Shown: piece after piece, positions 1-13,330 of the stretch | Position numbering within the stretch: position 1 is the first letter of the stretch | Layout: each line of letters begins with the position of its first letter | Source: Lophium mytilinum | Lineage: Eukaryota | Length of the DNA: 64,000 bases | Reading direction: 5' to 3' | NCBI GenBank assembly: GCA_010093605.1 | Contig: MU004195.1 | Location: 1 to 64,000, forward strand | The notes under the pieces: model-generated | What the model was told of the DNA's origin: nothing | Database searches by the model: none | What the model saw: only the letters and a program-made list of their open reading frames with translations | Translations under genes and position numbers: made by a program

Positions 1-2339
1 AGTTACTTACTATATTATAATATTAGCTACTATATTATCTAAATAGAAAGAGTTAAGATATATAGTAAGTATACTAGACTTCTAATACTAATTAGATTAT
101 ACTTACTATATATAGAGTATTTACTAATAGATTATTATACTTATATATATTAGCTTTATATAAACTATAGAGCTTATAATACTTACCTATTAAAGTCTAT
201 CTTATCTATAACTTTATCTATAATCTTACTATTACTTTTACTATTTAAGGCTATATTATCTACCCTACTGCCTTAATTCTCTAGCGTAACTTTATTAAGT
301 AAACCTAGTAATTTATCTATAGTATCTTACTATTCTTATATATATATATCTTCTCTACCCTCTTTAACTCTATTATCTAATACCTTATCTATATCTATAC
401 CTACTTCTACCTTATTTTTAAGTTAGGTAAATTCCTCTTCTATAACCTTAGTTACTAGCGTTAGGCGGAGAGATAATAAGGCAGCGTACTACTCTATCTA
501 AATCTAACTATTATTATACGCTAGTTATATAAACTAACTTATATTAGCTAGCATTTTCTTTTTATTTATTTATTCTATAGTATCTATTCTAGAGAGTACT
601 TCTATAGCCTTATTTTATTACGCTAAGAATAATTCCGCTATAATTTCTTTATTAGTTATTTACGTAAGTATATAGAGTAGTAATATAGTAATAAGGGCTA
701 GTATTTAGTATTATATTATTAGTTCTAGTTATATAGAAGTAGAAGCCGCTATAGTTTATTAAGTATATAAACTTATATATAGTATTATAGCTATCTATAA
801 AGTATTCTAGAGGGTAAAAATAGTATATACGCCTATATATATATATAGTATAGCTATAGGTTTAAAAAACACTTTATAGAGATAGTATATAGTAGATAGA
901 ACCTAGCCCGGAGCTCTATTATTATTATTTGCAGCTTACTAAGGTATATCTATACTAGAAGGTAGTAATAGAGAGAGTAATACCTCTCTAGTATCTAAAG
1001 GTAGTAGTAATGCAGGTATATAAGAAGATAACGCGGAAGATATAGGTAATAGTAACTTTAATACTGCCTCTTCTACTTCTTTATCTACTTAGGCTACTTC
1101 TTTATTTACTTTACTTTCTTTAGCTACTTTTTCTTCTTCTTTAACTACTACTCCCTTAATAGTCTATATAATAGTATACTTACTACTATTACTTTAATTT
1201 TACTCTATAGCTTCTATTAATTCTATATTACTTTAAATTTTAGGTATATATTAGGCCGCTCTTAATTTACTAAAGTATATACTACTACTAGTAGACTACT
1301 AGATATAAGAAAGTTATATTAGTTAAGTAGATTAAGAGGTTAGAGAAGTAAGAGAATAAGTACTACTATAAGTAGCCCGCCCTAGAGTAGAATATTAGGT
1401 AGATTTAGTAGATAGAGAAGAAGTAGTAGAATAGATACTACTATAGATAGACTACTATAGAGAAGTATATTATATAGATTATATAGGTTAGATAGATAGA
1501 GAAGAAATAGTAGAATAGATACTACTATAAGTAGACTACTATAGAGGAGTATATTATATAGATTAAGTAGAGGTAGAAGGTAATAATTCTTCTATTAAGA
1601 TAGGTTCTACTTAAGTTTATTAGAACCTAACTATAAATACTAGAAGATTATAAAAGATATACTAATTATAAGTTATATAATAGTTTCCTCTAAAGGCTTC
1701 TAAGATATAATTAGTTATTAAAAGGGTGTAGGCGCAGGGCGGGTAGAATAAGAGGCCCTAATATTTATACTAGAAAGACCTCTAGGGTTTTTAAAAATAA
1801 TTAGAAATAGATCTAGAATAGAAGTAGAAGTAGGCTTACTAGCCTCTTTTACTATAGCTATTTAGTCTATAGCCCTCTTCTTTTTATCTCTTTTATATTA
1901 GTTTAAATCTACTATTAAACGTAATTTAGCTACTTTTTACTTTTTTTTATTCTAGTACTTTTAGGGGCGTTCTATACTAACTACTAGGTATAGTAGTAAG
2001 GGGGATAATAGTTTAGAATATAGAGCTAAGAAGCGGAAAGTAGTTAGAGAGTATAATTAGTTAAAAATAAGAATTTATTAATATTCTTATTATAGGGCTT
2101 ACTTTATCTAACCTATTTTAATACCCCTTATAAATACAGCTACTTAGTTAAGGTTACTAGAGAAGAGCCCTAGTAGAAAGGCTTTCTATAGTAGCCCTAT
2201 TAATTACTTTATTTATAAATATTATATAAACTATATTCTACCCTTTACTTTATATATTTTATTTAATACGGCTAAAATTTCTATTATATAAGAATACTAT
2301 CTAGTAGTAACCTATACTAAGGTAAGGCTATTATAATAT
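1..2339. mobile_element. AT-rich RIP-degraded repeat DNA, family not identified
   Basis: Extreme TpA excess with almost no CpA/TpG and no ORFs, the typical RIP signature. I could not recover a diagnostic protein motif. Confidence 0.7.
1411..1565. repeat. Two-copy direct repeat, 84-bp period
   Basis: gatagagaagaagtagtagaatagatactactatag...gtatattatatagatta starts at 1411 and recurs at 1495 with few differences. Confidence 0.8.
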
Positions 2340-2707
2340 NNNNNNNNNNNNNNNNNNNNNNNNNNNNNNNNNNNNNNNNNNNNNNNNNNNNNNNNNNNNN
2401 NNNNNNNNNNNNNNNNNNNNNNNNNNNNNNNNNNNNNNNNNNNNNNNNNNNNNNNNNNNNNNNNNNNNNNNNNNNNNNNNNNNNNNNNNNNNNNNNNNNN
2501 NNNNNNNNNNNNNNNNNNNNNNNNNNNNNNNNNNNNNNNNNNNNNNNNNNNNNNNNNNNNNNNNNNNNNNNNNNNNNNNNNNNNNNNNNNNNNNNNNNNN
2601 NNNNNNNNNNNNNNNNNNNNNNNNNNNNNNNNNNNNNNNNNNNNNNNNNNNNNNNNNNNNNNNNNNNNNNNNNNNNNNNNNNNNNNNNNNNNNNNNNNNN
2701 NNNNNNN
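2340..2707. other. Assembly gap (run of N)
   Basis: Seen directly. Confidence 1.
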
Positions 2708-5700
2708 CTTTATATATTTCTTCTATACTATATTATAGTAGTTATATATAGTAGTAGTTATACTAATTCTTAAGTATAAGGCTATTTTTATACTAAACTC
2801 TTTAAGTAATTTCTATTCTATATCTATATACCCTACAGCCTCTCTATATCTACCTTAAGCTACTACTACAGCTTATAAATTAAATTAAAGTTAATAGAAC
2901 GCTATTATATTGCGTTTTAAGCATTATTCTTTATATATATACTCTATTTTATATTATAGTAGTTAAATGCAGTAGTATAAGGTTATACTATATATAATTC
3001 TTAAAGGTTAATTTTCTCTATATTAAACTTGCTTCTCTCTACCTAACTTTAACTCTCTAGTAATCTTTAGCTTATATAATGCCCTAGTAATATTTTAAGC
3101 CTTTATTAATAATATTTTCTTAGAATATTTAGATAACTTCTATATAGCCTACCTTAATAATATTTTTATCTTTAGTAAAATACTTAAAAAATACGTTAGT
3201 TATATTAAAAAGGTTCTTTAATAACTTTATAAAGCTAGCCTATTTCTTAATATTATAAAATATAAGTTCTATAAATAGAAGGTTAAGTATCTAGGCATTA
3301 TTATTAGCGTTAATAGCCTTAAGATAGATCTAGCTAAAGTTAATATAGTTATTAACTAGCTATAACTATAGAACCTTTATAATATATAGATATTTTTAGG
3401 TTTCTATAACTTCTACTAGTAATTTATTATCGCCTATTTTAATATTATAGGGCCGCTTACTAGACTTATAAGAGTAGAGGTCTATAAGTAGTTTATCTTT
3501 CTATAGTAGAAAGGTAGCTTAGAGGACTTCTTCTTTAAGTAGATAAAATAAGTATTTATTAATACTTCTTAGATAGCCTACTTTAATCTAGATTTAGAAA
3601 CTTAGGTAGAATATAATATATCTAATACTATTATAGCTACTATACTATCTTAAATATAAACTAATAGCGTTTTCTAGCCTATTATATTTATATCTTACTA
3701 AATAAGCGCAGCCTAACTTAATTATTAAATCTATAATAAAGAACTTCTAGTAATTATCTATATACTTAAAGAATAGTATATAGAACTTACTAGTTATAGC
3801 TATAGTAACTCTATTAAAGTCCTTTTAGACTACTAGATATTATAGTACTTTATAGAAACTAAGTAGCTTAATTAAAGATAAGCTAGATAGGCTAAATTTC
3901 TCTCTAAGTTTAACTTCTAGATAACTTATAGGCCGGGTAAGAATAATAGCAAGGCTAATTTACTAACTAGACGCCCAGGTAATATACTAGATAAAGATAA
4001 TAAATGCTATAAGATTTAGTAATAGACTATTCTTAAGAACTATAACTTAGAACTAGAAATATATTATATAATTAAACTAGTCTATATTATAACTAATAGC
4101 GTTACTTATAATATAGTCTTTCTTATAGTAATAATATATAACTTTAGTAAAGTAGAACTTAATTAGGGGGAGTCTTAGAGTAACTCTAATAAAGAACTAC
4201 TAAAGCTACTAAGTAGGTAGGGGGAGTTATAGAGTAACCCTACTAAAGATATAGTAGAATAAGATATTATAGATTATATATAAAAGGCTCTTACTAATAA
4301 TATTATTACTAACGCTATTAAGGACGCTATTAGAGCTAAACTACGCTACTTATCTACTAATATTATTAAGAACTATAGCGTTAAGCTTAAACTTTATAAC
4401 TATATAATCTATAATAGCCTTATCTTTATTTAAAAGAACTATCTATATATTTCTACTAAGAAGAAACTCTAGTTAGCTATTATTAAGAGCCTTTATAAAC
4501 TACTACTAGTTAGTTATAGTAGTACTATATCTACTTATAACCGCGTTTTAATATACTACTTCTAGCTATAAATAACCTCTAATATTAACTACTATATTAA
4601 GGCTTACTAGCTATATAATTATATTAAGTATATATATAATATAAAGCAAGGCTTTCTTAAACTACTTTCTATTTTTAAAAGGTACTAGACTAAGTTTATA
4701 GTTAATTTTATTAGTTCCCTACTAATATACTTATAATTTAGATAAGATTACTAATATATTATAGTTATTATTAATAAACTATCTAAAATGCGCAAGTTTA
4801 TCCCTATAGTAATAATAGACGCTAAGAAGGTTACCTAAGTATTTCTAAAATAGATCTAGTATATAGAAGGATACCTAGAATTAATTATTTCTAATTAAGA
4901 TTCTTAATTTATTTCTACCTTTTAGTCTCGCCTATATAAACGTATTAGTATAAAACTAAAGCTATCTACTATATTTTACTCTAAAATAGATAGATAGACT
5001 AAAATTACTAATATAGGTCTAAAGTAGTTTCTCTAAGTATATATTAACTACTAATAAGATAACTAGATTAATTACCTTACTATAGCTAAATTTAAAGCTA
5101 ACTCTATAAAGAACGCCTCTACTAGTATAGCCCCTTTTATAGCTACTAAAGGCTATATTCTAAGCGCTAGCACTATACTAGCTATATAACTACTCCCTAA
5201 TATAAATATACTAATAGTTTAACTTATAGAATAAGTAGATAGGCTAGTAGATAGACTTAATAAGTTATACACCTTTCTCTATTAAGAACTTAAATAGGCC
5301 TAAGCTAAATAGAAGAAATATACTAATACTAGATAATAGGTAGCTTATATCTATTATCTAGGTAATATAGTTATACTTAATATATACTTTATTAAAATAA
5401 CTTACCTAAATAAGAAACTTAATTTTAAGAAACTTAGCCCCTTTAAAGTTCTAACTAGCTATAAAAATAGTAGCGTATATAAACTTAAGCTACTTAAGAG
5501 TATAGAAAACCTATACTCTATCTTTTATTCTTAGCTACTCTACCCGGCCGACGCAGTCTCTATAAAAGAATAGTATAATCCTAACTCTAATATAAATAAC
5601 ACTAATATATTAAAAAGGTAATACTAAGAAGATTATTAACTACTATTTTAATAGAAGATAACTTAACTCTACTATAGGTAAAAGGGGCATGCTTTAGTAT

Positions 5701-6609
5701 AAAATTAAGTTTATTAGCTATAATAAACTCTAATAGGATAACTATAAATATACTAATAGCTACCCCCGCCTTATTATAGACTTTTACTACTGCTATCTAT
5801 ACTCTAAGAAACTAAAACCTTATTTATTATTTAAACTACTATTAAACTAGAAACTAACTTTAGCTACTATTCTTACCGCTATAGACCTCTATATAACTAA
5901 TACTATAGAAGCTATATAATTTAATTACTAAACTAGTAGTTAAATTAATTTATTAAAAAGGCCTAACTATAGATATATATAATAATTAATATAATATAAT
6001 ATAGATTATTATAAGTATCTAGTAGTAGGCTAGTAGCTATAAAGGCTATATAGCTTCTAATAGCTCTATTATAGCTAGCTCTAGTCTAAATAAATAAGAA
6101 AATAGTAATACTATATATAGTAATACTATATATAGTAATACTACTATACTAAAATAGTAAGGCTATAGTAGGCTATATAAAAATAGAAAGAATAAATAAT
6201 CCTCTATAAATTAATTTATTTTCTTTATTTACTTATAGCTAAAATATAATTAGGTACTTTCTTTAATAGATATTTAAGTAGTTATAGATACTCTAGTATA
6301 AAAAAAACTCTCTCTTATAAAAGCTTTAATTAGGAGGCTTCTTTAGAGGGGGAAGATATATTATAGCTATATAATTGCGTATAATATATAACTAGAGGTT
6401 ATATAATAGAGGCTCTATAGAATAGGTAAATATTACTCCGCCCTTTAGGTTATTATAATATCTATTCTAGGAACCTCTTTCTCTCTTATATTTATCTTTT
6501 ATTAATATTAATACTATTTAATTTAATAATTCTAATATTCTAACCTTAAGCTCTAATAAATATATAAGTTTAATAGTAAGTTTTTCTCTCTATATCTATA
6601 GTTCTTATA
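2708..6609 (+). mobile_element. RIP-inactivated Ty3/gypsy LTR retrotransposon (RT-RNaseH-integrase, probable chromodomain, probable 3' LTR)
   Basis: Reversing transitions restores motifs in gypsy order: NAPxxFQ (~3078), YLDDIxIFS read as YLNNIFIFS (~3150), NYxIYDKELL (~3720), integrase IISDRDSQF (~4885) and KLSTxFHPxTDGQTE (~4959), GPF-like (~5436), chromo-like LQYKIKFIGY (~5692). A polypurine tract agagggggaaga (~6346-6357) precedes a putative LTR at ~6359-6609. Confidence 0.85.
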
Positions 6610-7640
6610 AAAGCTTAGTTTTTAAAAGAAGGGGTATATATTATATTATTTCTTAGTATTCTCTTAATAGTTATTAAGGTTAAAGGTTATTATAAGTATA
6701 AATATTATATAATTTCTAGACTAAGAGTTCTTCTAGCGCCTAGGGTTCTACTAGTATCTAGAGTTCTACTAGTATATATATAACTATATAGTAGACTTAT
6801 AGCTAAAGTCTTTTTTCTTTCTATATAACCTTATTAATAGTAATATAACTCTTTTTTTAGCTATAAACCTAATACTATATAGGTAATTTAAAGTAGAATA
6901 TTAATAAATAGAAGCTAATAATAGGCTTTAGATTAATTTATATAGCCTACTTATAGTACTTAAGAATAAATATAATAATAAATATAATAATAGAAATAAT
7001 AGAAATAATAAATATAATAAAACTATAAATAATAGTAAGTATATAACTAGTAAGGCTATATAAGTAGCTTAATAGAAATAGAATAGAAAAAATAGAAAAG
7101 CTATAATATATTATAAGTTTTATAGAATTTTAGCTTTTAGAAAAAAAAGTAGTATTATAGTATAAATCTAAAATTATAATAATTATATATTAAAATTATA
7201 TACTACCCCTTATATAACCTAAGTAAGATACTAGCCTAAGGCGCTAGGCTATAGCCTATACGCCGGCGTTAAACTATAACCTCTTAAAAGCTTCTAGCTC
7301 TCTCTCTTTTTTTTAGCTTAGATTTTTATAATAGTTAATATACCTTATTACTTATATTATATCGGCCTTCTATACCTCTATATCTTACTACCTATAATAA
7401 CTATCTAGAGAAGTCCGGGCCGTTAAGGGTTTATAAGATAGTTAAAGCCACCTTTAATTAGTTTTAGCTTACTATTATAAGGGGAAATATATATTAAGGT
7501 AAAGTTTTTTAGGTTGTAGTAGTACTCTAAGAAAAGAAGTAGGTCGGATTAGCGGCTTAGACTGCTTTAAAAGGGGGCTTGTTAGAGACCGGAGCTATTA
7601 GAGGCCTGCTTATTTTAAGCTTAGGCTCTATTTGCTTAAC
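6610..7640. repeat. AT-rich RIP-degraded and low-complexity DNA grading into the GC island
   Basis: TpA-rich, with aataat/agaaataat runs at ~6965-7100. CpA/TpG reappear only near 7500-7680. Confidence 0.65.
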
Positions 7641-7681
7641 GCTGCGGTTTCGATGCCTCCTACATGCTAGGCTAAGGGGGT

Positions 7682-8656
7682 TCAATCATTAACGGGCGAG
7701 TCTCCATCATCATAGTCCATGAAGTCCATGAAGAGTGCCCCTGCGGTATATTCGTCGAGTTTCATTTCATGCATAAGCGCGTCCTGGAGATTGTTCAGGT
7801 CATCGTTGAGTGACTGGAGGCTGTCTCCAACCATCATGTATTCCTCGCTTCGAGGAAGATCAGTGGAGACCTCGAGCAGAACGCGATCGCTAGACTGTTC
7901 TAGAGTCGCGGCCACGGTGAAAACTCGCTCAATGTTCTTGATGATTGCTTGAGCTTCTGTCGAGAACATGGCAACGATATCAGCATAGTCAGCAGAGGGG
8001 TCAGCAGTGCCGGGTCGACGATGAATTGGCATCATCGCCTCAAAGTCTTGCCTACACACCGGGCACGACGTTTGATTAGCCTGGCCGGATTGAAGCCACG
8101 ACTCGAAGCACTCTCGACCCAGAATGTGGCCGCAAAAGGTCTTGACGGGGGGATCATCAGCGGAGAATGGCTCTCGGCAGATGCTGCACTCAGCATCGGC
8201 AGGCTCCAGTTCCGCGACAATCACTGGGAGGCTGCTCGTGTCCGCTGTCACAGGATCAATCCATGGCTCGTTGTACAGCCTACACAGCTGACGCTTCCAC
8301 GTCAGGATCTGCATGGACATGGCAAACATCTCGCAGAGAGTCTCATCGCAATAAGTGTGTATCAGTTGTTCATCTCCCTCTAATAGATCGAAGAGGGGCT
8401 GATACTGGTCAGGCAGATGAGTGCGAAGGTGGTCCTTCTTGTAGACCCAGAGAGCATCGGGGCTCAGAGAAGGATCATATCCTCGTTCGACGTAGGCCTG
8501 CCATTCGGATCGATCAACCTTGTTGACAAGATGAAGGATCTTGGTGAAACAGAACAGGCGCCCAATGGTGAAGTACGATTCGAAGCTGTCGATGTCATCG
8601 TCTCCTGTATCAGCTGCGAAATCACGCAGGTGATGTTGGTTTGCCCGGTCGGACAT
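7682..8656 (-). CDS. RING-finger protein (C3HGC3-type modified RING), putative E3 ubiquitin ligase
   Basis: 324-aa intronless ORF containing CSICR...CGHILGREC..W...CPVCR (8054-8188); acidic C-terminus. Confidence 0.8.
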   Translation of the reverse strand: MSDRANQHHLRDFAADTGDDDIDSFESYFTIGRLFCFTKILHLVNKVDRSEWQAYVERGYDPSLSPDALWVYKKDHLRTHLPDQYQPLFDLLEGDEQLIHTYCDETLCEMFAMSMQILTWKRQLCRLYNEPWIDPVTADTSSLPVIVAELEPADAECSICREPFSADDPPVKTFCGHILGRECFESWLQSGQANQTSCPVCRQDFEAMMPIHRRPGTADPSADYADIVAMFSTEAQAIIKNIERVFTVAATLEQSSDRVLLEVSTDLPRSEEYMMVGDSLQSLNDDLNNLQDALMHEMKLDEYTAGALFMDFMDYDDGDSPVND

Positions 8657-9191
8657 GTTGAAGATTGCTGGTGTTAAGGGCTGCGGGTGCTGAATGTTTA
8701 GTGTGGCCGAAAGCTGTAGGTGTGCTAATAGCTGTGAGTGTGCGAACAGTGGGAAGCGATGTGTGGAGAGCGTTGACTGGGAGGGTTGCTAAGAAATTAT
8801 ATACCCAGTTATGGGGTTGTGCGTATACAATATGTCACGACATTGTGAGATTATAGCGTGAATAAGCAATGTGCAGTTGATTGAAAACGGACTCTTCCGA
8901 GGACATGACGCACAATGCGCACTCGTGTTATGGCTTCATTACATCGGCCGATGATGCGGACAGGGCTAGCGTTGAAGCTTTCCATGTCCCTTATCTCAAA
9001 TCGCACACAAGGTAAACGATTGCTGAAAGCTGTATCGACTGTTTGATTGCTGAGATTGTAGAAGTGAGAGAAGTTCTCAGGGAAAAGAGGCTATATACAA
9101 GAAATACGTGCCCTGCCGTGTTCCGTTCGAATTGACTAAGTCCACCGAAGACGGATGCCGTTCAAAGCAGACCGCTCGCTGCTCGCAAGCT

Positions 9192-11093
9192 TTACTCGTT
9201 CTCTGTAACATCAATGACAGTCGACTTGAACTTCCTCGCGCTGACCTTGCGATTAAACAAGATATCAAGCTCACGATAACTCCGGTCCTTGAGTTCTGGC
9301 AAGCCAAAGTATGCGCTCACAAAGCAGACGCATGCAGTGCCACCCCAAACATAGCCGCACTTGCCAGCAAGGTTCCATCCCGTCGGGTTGAGCATGCGCG
9401 AGGCGAGGTAGATCATGGGAATCTCAGCGGCGTAGTACGCGGCACGCCCGACACCAGTGCTTAGCGCGCGCAGTCGGATAGAGGACGTCTCGGCAATGAT
9501 GGAGTATGAGATCGGGCCCATGGCGCCGGCGAACACGAAGCTAATGATGACGCCGAGACAAGCTTGGGCATAGTTGGTGGATGTGTTTTGGGGGATGGAG
9601 GCGCAGATGCCGAGGAGGAAGAGGAGGGTGATGTTTATGGCTGTGCCGCCAAGGTAAATGGTTCGGCGACCTAGCCAGCCGCTAAGAGGCCAGGACAGGA
9701 TGTTGGCGACTAGTTGCAGACACGAGTTGATGAGATTGAGTTTGAAAGAGAAGTCGGTTGACATTCCAGCCTCTGCGAAGGGTTAATTCTTCGTCCTTGC
9801 AGCGTATTGTTGGGCTAGGAAGCTACTCACGCTCGAAGAAGAAGGTTGCCTGGTTGGCAATCAGATTGCCGGCAAAGTTCTGGGAGGCGTACATCAGGCA
9901 GGTGATGATTGTCCGCCTCAAATCGGTGCCCTTGACCAGGTCGAGAAGGGTAGGCTCGCCGCCATTGTGGACTTCAATCTGCACGGTTCGTTCCATCATG
10001 GCGAGTGTGTCCTCAGCGCTGGCTTGGGTTCCGTTCTTGCGAGCGAGGCGCTTGATGGAGCGGAGGGCTTGGTCTTTACGTCCGCGGCGAACAAGCCACC
10101 ATGGAGACTCGGGGGCCAAAAAGATGAGGACCATAAGGGGGAGCTGAAGCAGTCAGCTCTTGTACGTCAGCATCAGGAAGTGAGTACTCACAGGGAAGAT
10201 CCATTGCAAGGCAAGAGGTCCTCGCCAAGCCCACTCATCGGTCCTGTTGTTGAAACCCAAGGTGGCGGCGGCGACAATGATCATACCAATGGACCACGAC
10301 ATCTGGAGAGTGGCTGTGCAGGCGCCACGAAGCACGAGCGGGACAACCTCACTGGCGTAGGCGGGCGAGTTCGCAATGAACAATCCCCATGGGACACCTT
10401 CAAAGGCTTGTCCAATGACAAGCACAGCAAGGGAATCGGCCTAGGTGGATGCTGTCAGGTTGGAAGCTCAGCGTCAGGGCCTGCGGTACTCACAAAAAAG
10501 GATATGAAGATGGTCGCGTTCATCAGGACAAGACCCAAGAGTGTGGTCCAGCGATAACCGAGAACATTGGTGATGGGTCCGGCCATGAAGACACCGACAA
10601 AGGCGCCACATTGCCCGGCTTGGAAGAGGGAACTCTGCCATTTCGTGGGGATGGATTTGCCAACAGATCCCTCGACGACGACACCGTATCGTTCCTTGAA
10701 GGCTGTAAGTGCCACAAAATTTCCGTTCAAGAACATGTCGAATGATTCCATAACCTAGTAGACGTCAGCTTAGTTCAAGCAATTAGATGCATTGACGCTA
10801 AAGCAGCTAAAACAAAATGCAATACGCAGGATAGGTGGGTGTTGGGTGGCGGGAAGAGAACTCACAATGGTGAAGCAGAAGCAGAAGGCCCAAAAGCAAG
10901 CCATAGGATGGTCCTTGGCGGCCTGCCAGAGGGTCATCTCATGCTCGCGATTTTCAGCATTCTGGGCATCGGTCATGAGCACTTTGTCGTCCAAGACCTC
11001 GGATTGCTCATGGACGTTCTTCTCGTGGTCTCCCTTCTCGACAGCGTCGACGTAGCTCGACTGGGCCTTTGGTTCGGCCATGTGCGACGACAT
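9192..11093 (-). CDS. MFS sugar porter, maltose/alpha-glucoside permease type
   Basis: Five exons (11093-10866, 10754-10494, 10440-10192, 10143-9831, 9772-9192) joined by GT-AG introns. Motifs YASEVVP..LRG, PESPWWL, GRRTIYL and LPELKDRSYRELD. Confidence 0.9.
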
Positions 11094-11179
11094 GTTGACT
11101 CAGTTTGCAGGCTCGGTGGTTCAGGGCAAAGAAGCAATGCGATGCAACAGCTGAGCAGGGGAGGAGGACCTGGCATCTT

Positions 11180-11700
11180 ATATATATCTGAAAGGCCGCA
11201 TAGTACGTGCCACAGTGTTGCTCGGCGTGTCGATGAGCTACGATACGGCAAGGTTACCCCAATGGGCAGGCCTAGTTTTTGCATCAATAGCAAGGCTCAG
11301 AGGCAGGTTGCGTGTGGGGCCGCTGCGCCGTTCCTCGGGTCACGGCAGAAAGCCTCCCCAGATGTCCCACCAATGAGGGGAAGAATCCGGGGATATGGAC
11401 AAGGGAGCCCTGAAAAGCTTGTGCGGGGCCCCATGGGCCAACCCGGGGATGGGCGGAAGCGTTCCCTATCCGGTGTTAGTGGCGGCTATTACCACGTTAT
11501 CACCCACATTTGGTGGAGGGAGGGAGAACCCAGGAGTCCCCGGGACTTATCCCGATTGCGTTGATATCCATCTTCAGCACGTCGGGCACCATTGTTCTCG
11601 CGTTGGAGTGGCGAATGGGCTTCGTCGTCACCCTCATCTGGTCTTTGGAGGGGAGAGCCCATAGATCGCCGGGGCTTTCGCCGGTTGTATTTACACTATC
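11180..11700 (-). promoter_or_regulatory. Permease promoter: TATA box, CGG-N8-CCG pairs and SYGGRG (CreA/Mig1-like) sites
   Basis: TATATATA at ~11180-11188; CGG-N8-CCG at 11541-11554 and 11670-11683; several GTGGGG/GCGGGG/GTGGAG hexamers. Confidence 0.4.
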
Positions 11701-11823
11701 CCCGGGCGTTTGGCACTACTATTGTGCGCGCTTTTGGAGTGGCCGAGCAGAGTATCCAAGCGATGCGCACCCGGGCGGGCGGGGATAGAGAGCAGAAGTG
11801 CCATACCCTGTTCATGAGGCGAA

Positions 11824-12284
11824 TCACGCGCGGACCGTATCATTGGACGGTCTAGCAATATCCGACATGGTCAGGATGATCCAACCCGCAAGAGGGATTT
11901 TCCAGCACGAGTACGAGCTCGACCCCGATTGATGGAGCTGCAAATCGAATTGGCAGGAAAGCCGTCGTGCTACCTACCGCGAGCACAAGGATTGTTCACC
12001 TCCCCCTCCCGATGCGTACTAAAGGCTGCCAACACCGTTGCGTACTCGCCATCTGCATGCTCGACTTCGTCCCAAGTGACTTCCAGAAATCCTGTCCAGC
12101 TTGCCCAAGCGCATCTATAGCCTCAGTGAGGAGCTTCAAGCGTGGCTCGTTCTCGCGGATTAGACACGCAGTGGCCTTTGGATGGATCATCTTGCGCATC
12201 GATTCGACGTCTTTCGTTCTGATACAAGCAATGAAAGCCTTGACGGACATTCACTGGACTTGAATTTTCGATGAAAGATGCCAT
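11824..12284 (-). pseudogene. Frameshifted NTF2/SnoaL-like protein gene
   Basis: Stitched translation VKAFIACIRTKDVESMRKMIHPKAT...GQD/LEVTWDEVEHADGEYATVLAAFSTHREGE|LHQSGSSSYSCWKIPLAGWIILTMSDIAR looks like an NTF2 fold. It needs a frameshift at ~12088 and an intron at 11999-11938. Confidence 0.6.
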
Positions 12285-13330
12285 GGCGACAGATGAGATG
12301 CACCAAGTAGTAGAGAAGGCGGCTGTTAGAGAAAAAAGTAAGACTGTGCGTCTTGAACAGTAAGTTGTTTCCACAGGTGCTGCTTGTACTGCCTGGCGGG
12401 TCTTGCTCCGCCGTAACAAAGCGGTACTGATACGTATAGGCCCACTTTATTAGCCGTGAGCCGGCGACGAGGGACACTAGAATATGTCGAAGATTCTAAC
12501 AGCGCAGCGCCAGGAGTTCTCATCCCCAATGTGGTGACGGTTCATGGTGAAAGTGTAGGGGAGACGTCTGGAGTGTGGTTCACGCCACGGAAGCCGAAAA
12601 GCCCGACTTGGCAGCCGCCACGGATCTCTCCTCAACCTTTCTAAGCCATCAACACCAACAATCCCGCAGCTAACAATGTTAAACACTGATTTGAGAGTGA
12701 CAGCCCTAGGAACTCATCCTGTATGCCCACCCACAGCTCGTCGGCTATCTCTCGAACCTGCGCGTACTTCAACTAGCCTCAGGCCCGAAACATACACCCT
12801 CGTTTCCTCCTACGAACCAATAATAACCCCTCGCGAAGCTAGCTCGTATGCGCCAACACTGGAGATCGTGGTCGGACAAGAAGAAGCTTCAAAGCGGGAT
12901 GCTGAGCAATGGAACATAGTTGCGGTCTTGCGGGAGACCGCGCACCCAAATTGGACGATGCATACCGGAATAGCTTGGAAAAGAGCAAGTGGAAGCTAAG
13001 GAGCTCTGAATACAGGTTGGTGCAGATCGCTTGCGAAATGCTCTTCGGTCTTGCTTGGACTTTGCTCGAAAGAGCCGCGAATGGCGTATGAAGTGGTAAT
13101 ACCCTCTTGAAACCTATCTCGTAGGCTTATAAGTTCTCCCACGCGTCTTGGGAACTCGAGAGTCTCTTCAGCATCCAGTTTTGCAACAGCTCATACTTCT
13201 TTGCTTGCTCTTCCCGTTCGTTATATCGCTCTCGTTAGGCTTCCTGGATACGTTGCCACATGAGATGACACATGAGACACATTGCAAGGCCCCAAAACTT
13301 GTTTGCTACATTAGAAGGAAGTTTTGTTGG

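Noticed and set aside
12676..13300. Short ORFs between the NTF2-like relic and the MDR gene (similar ones at 14880-15300 and 16800-17500)
   Set aside because: No motifs or coherent splice structure were found.
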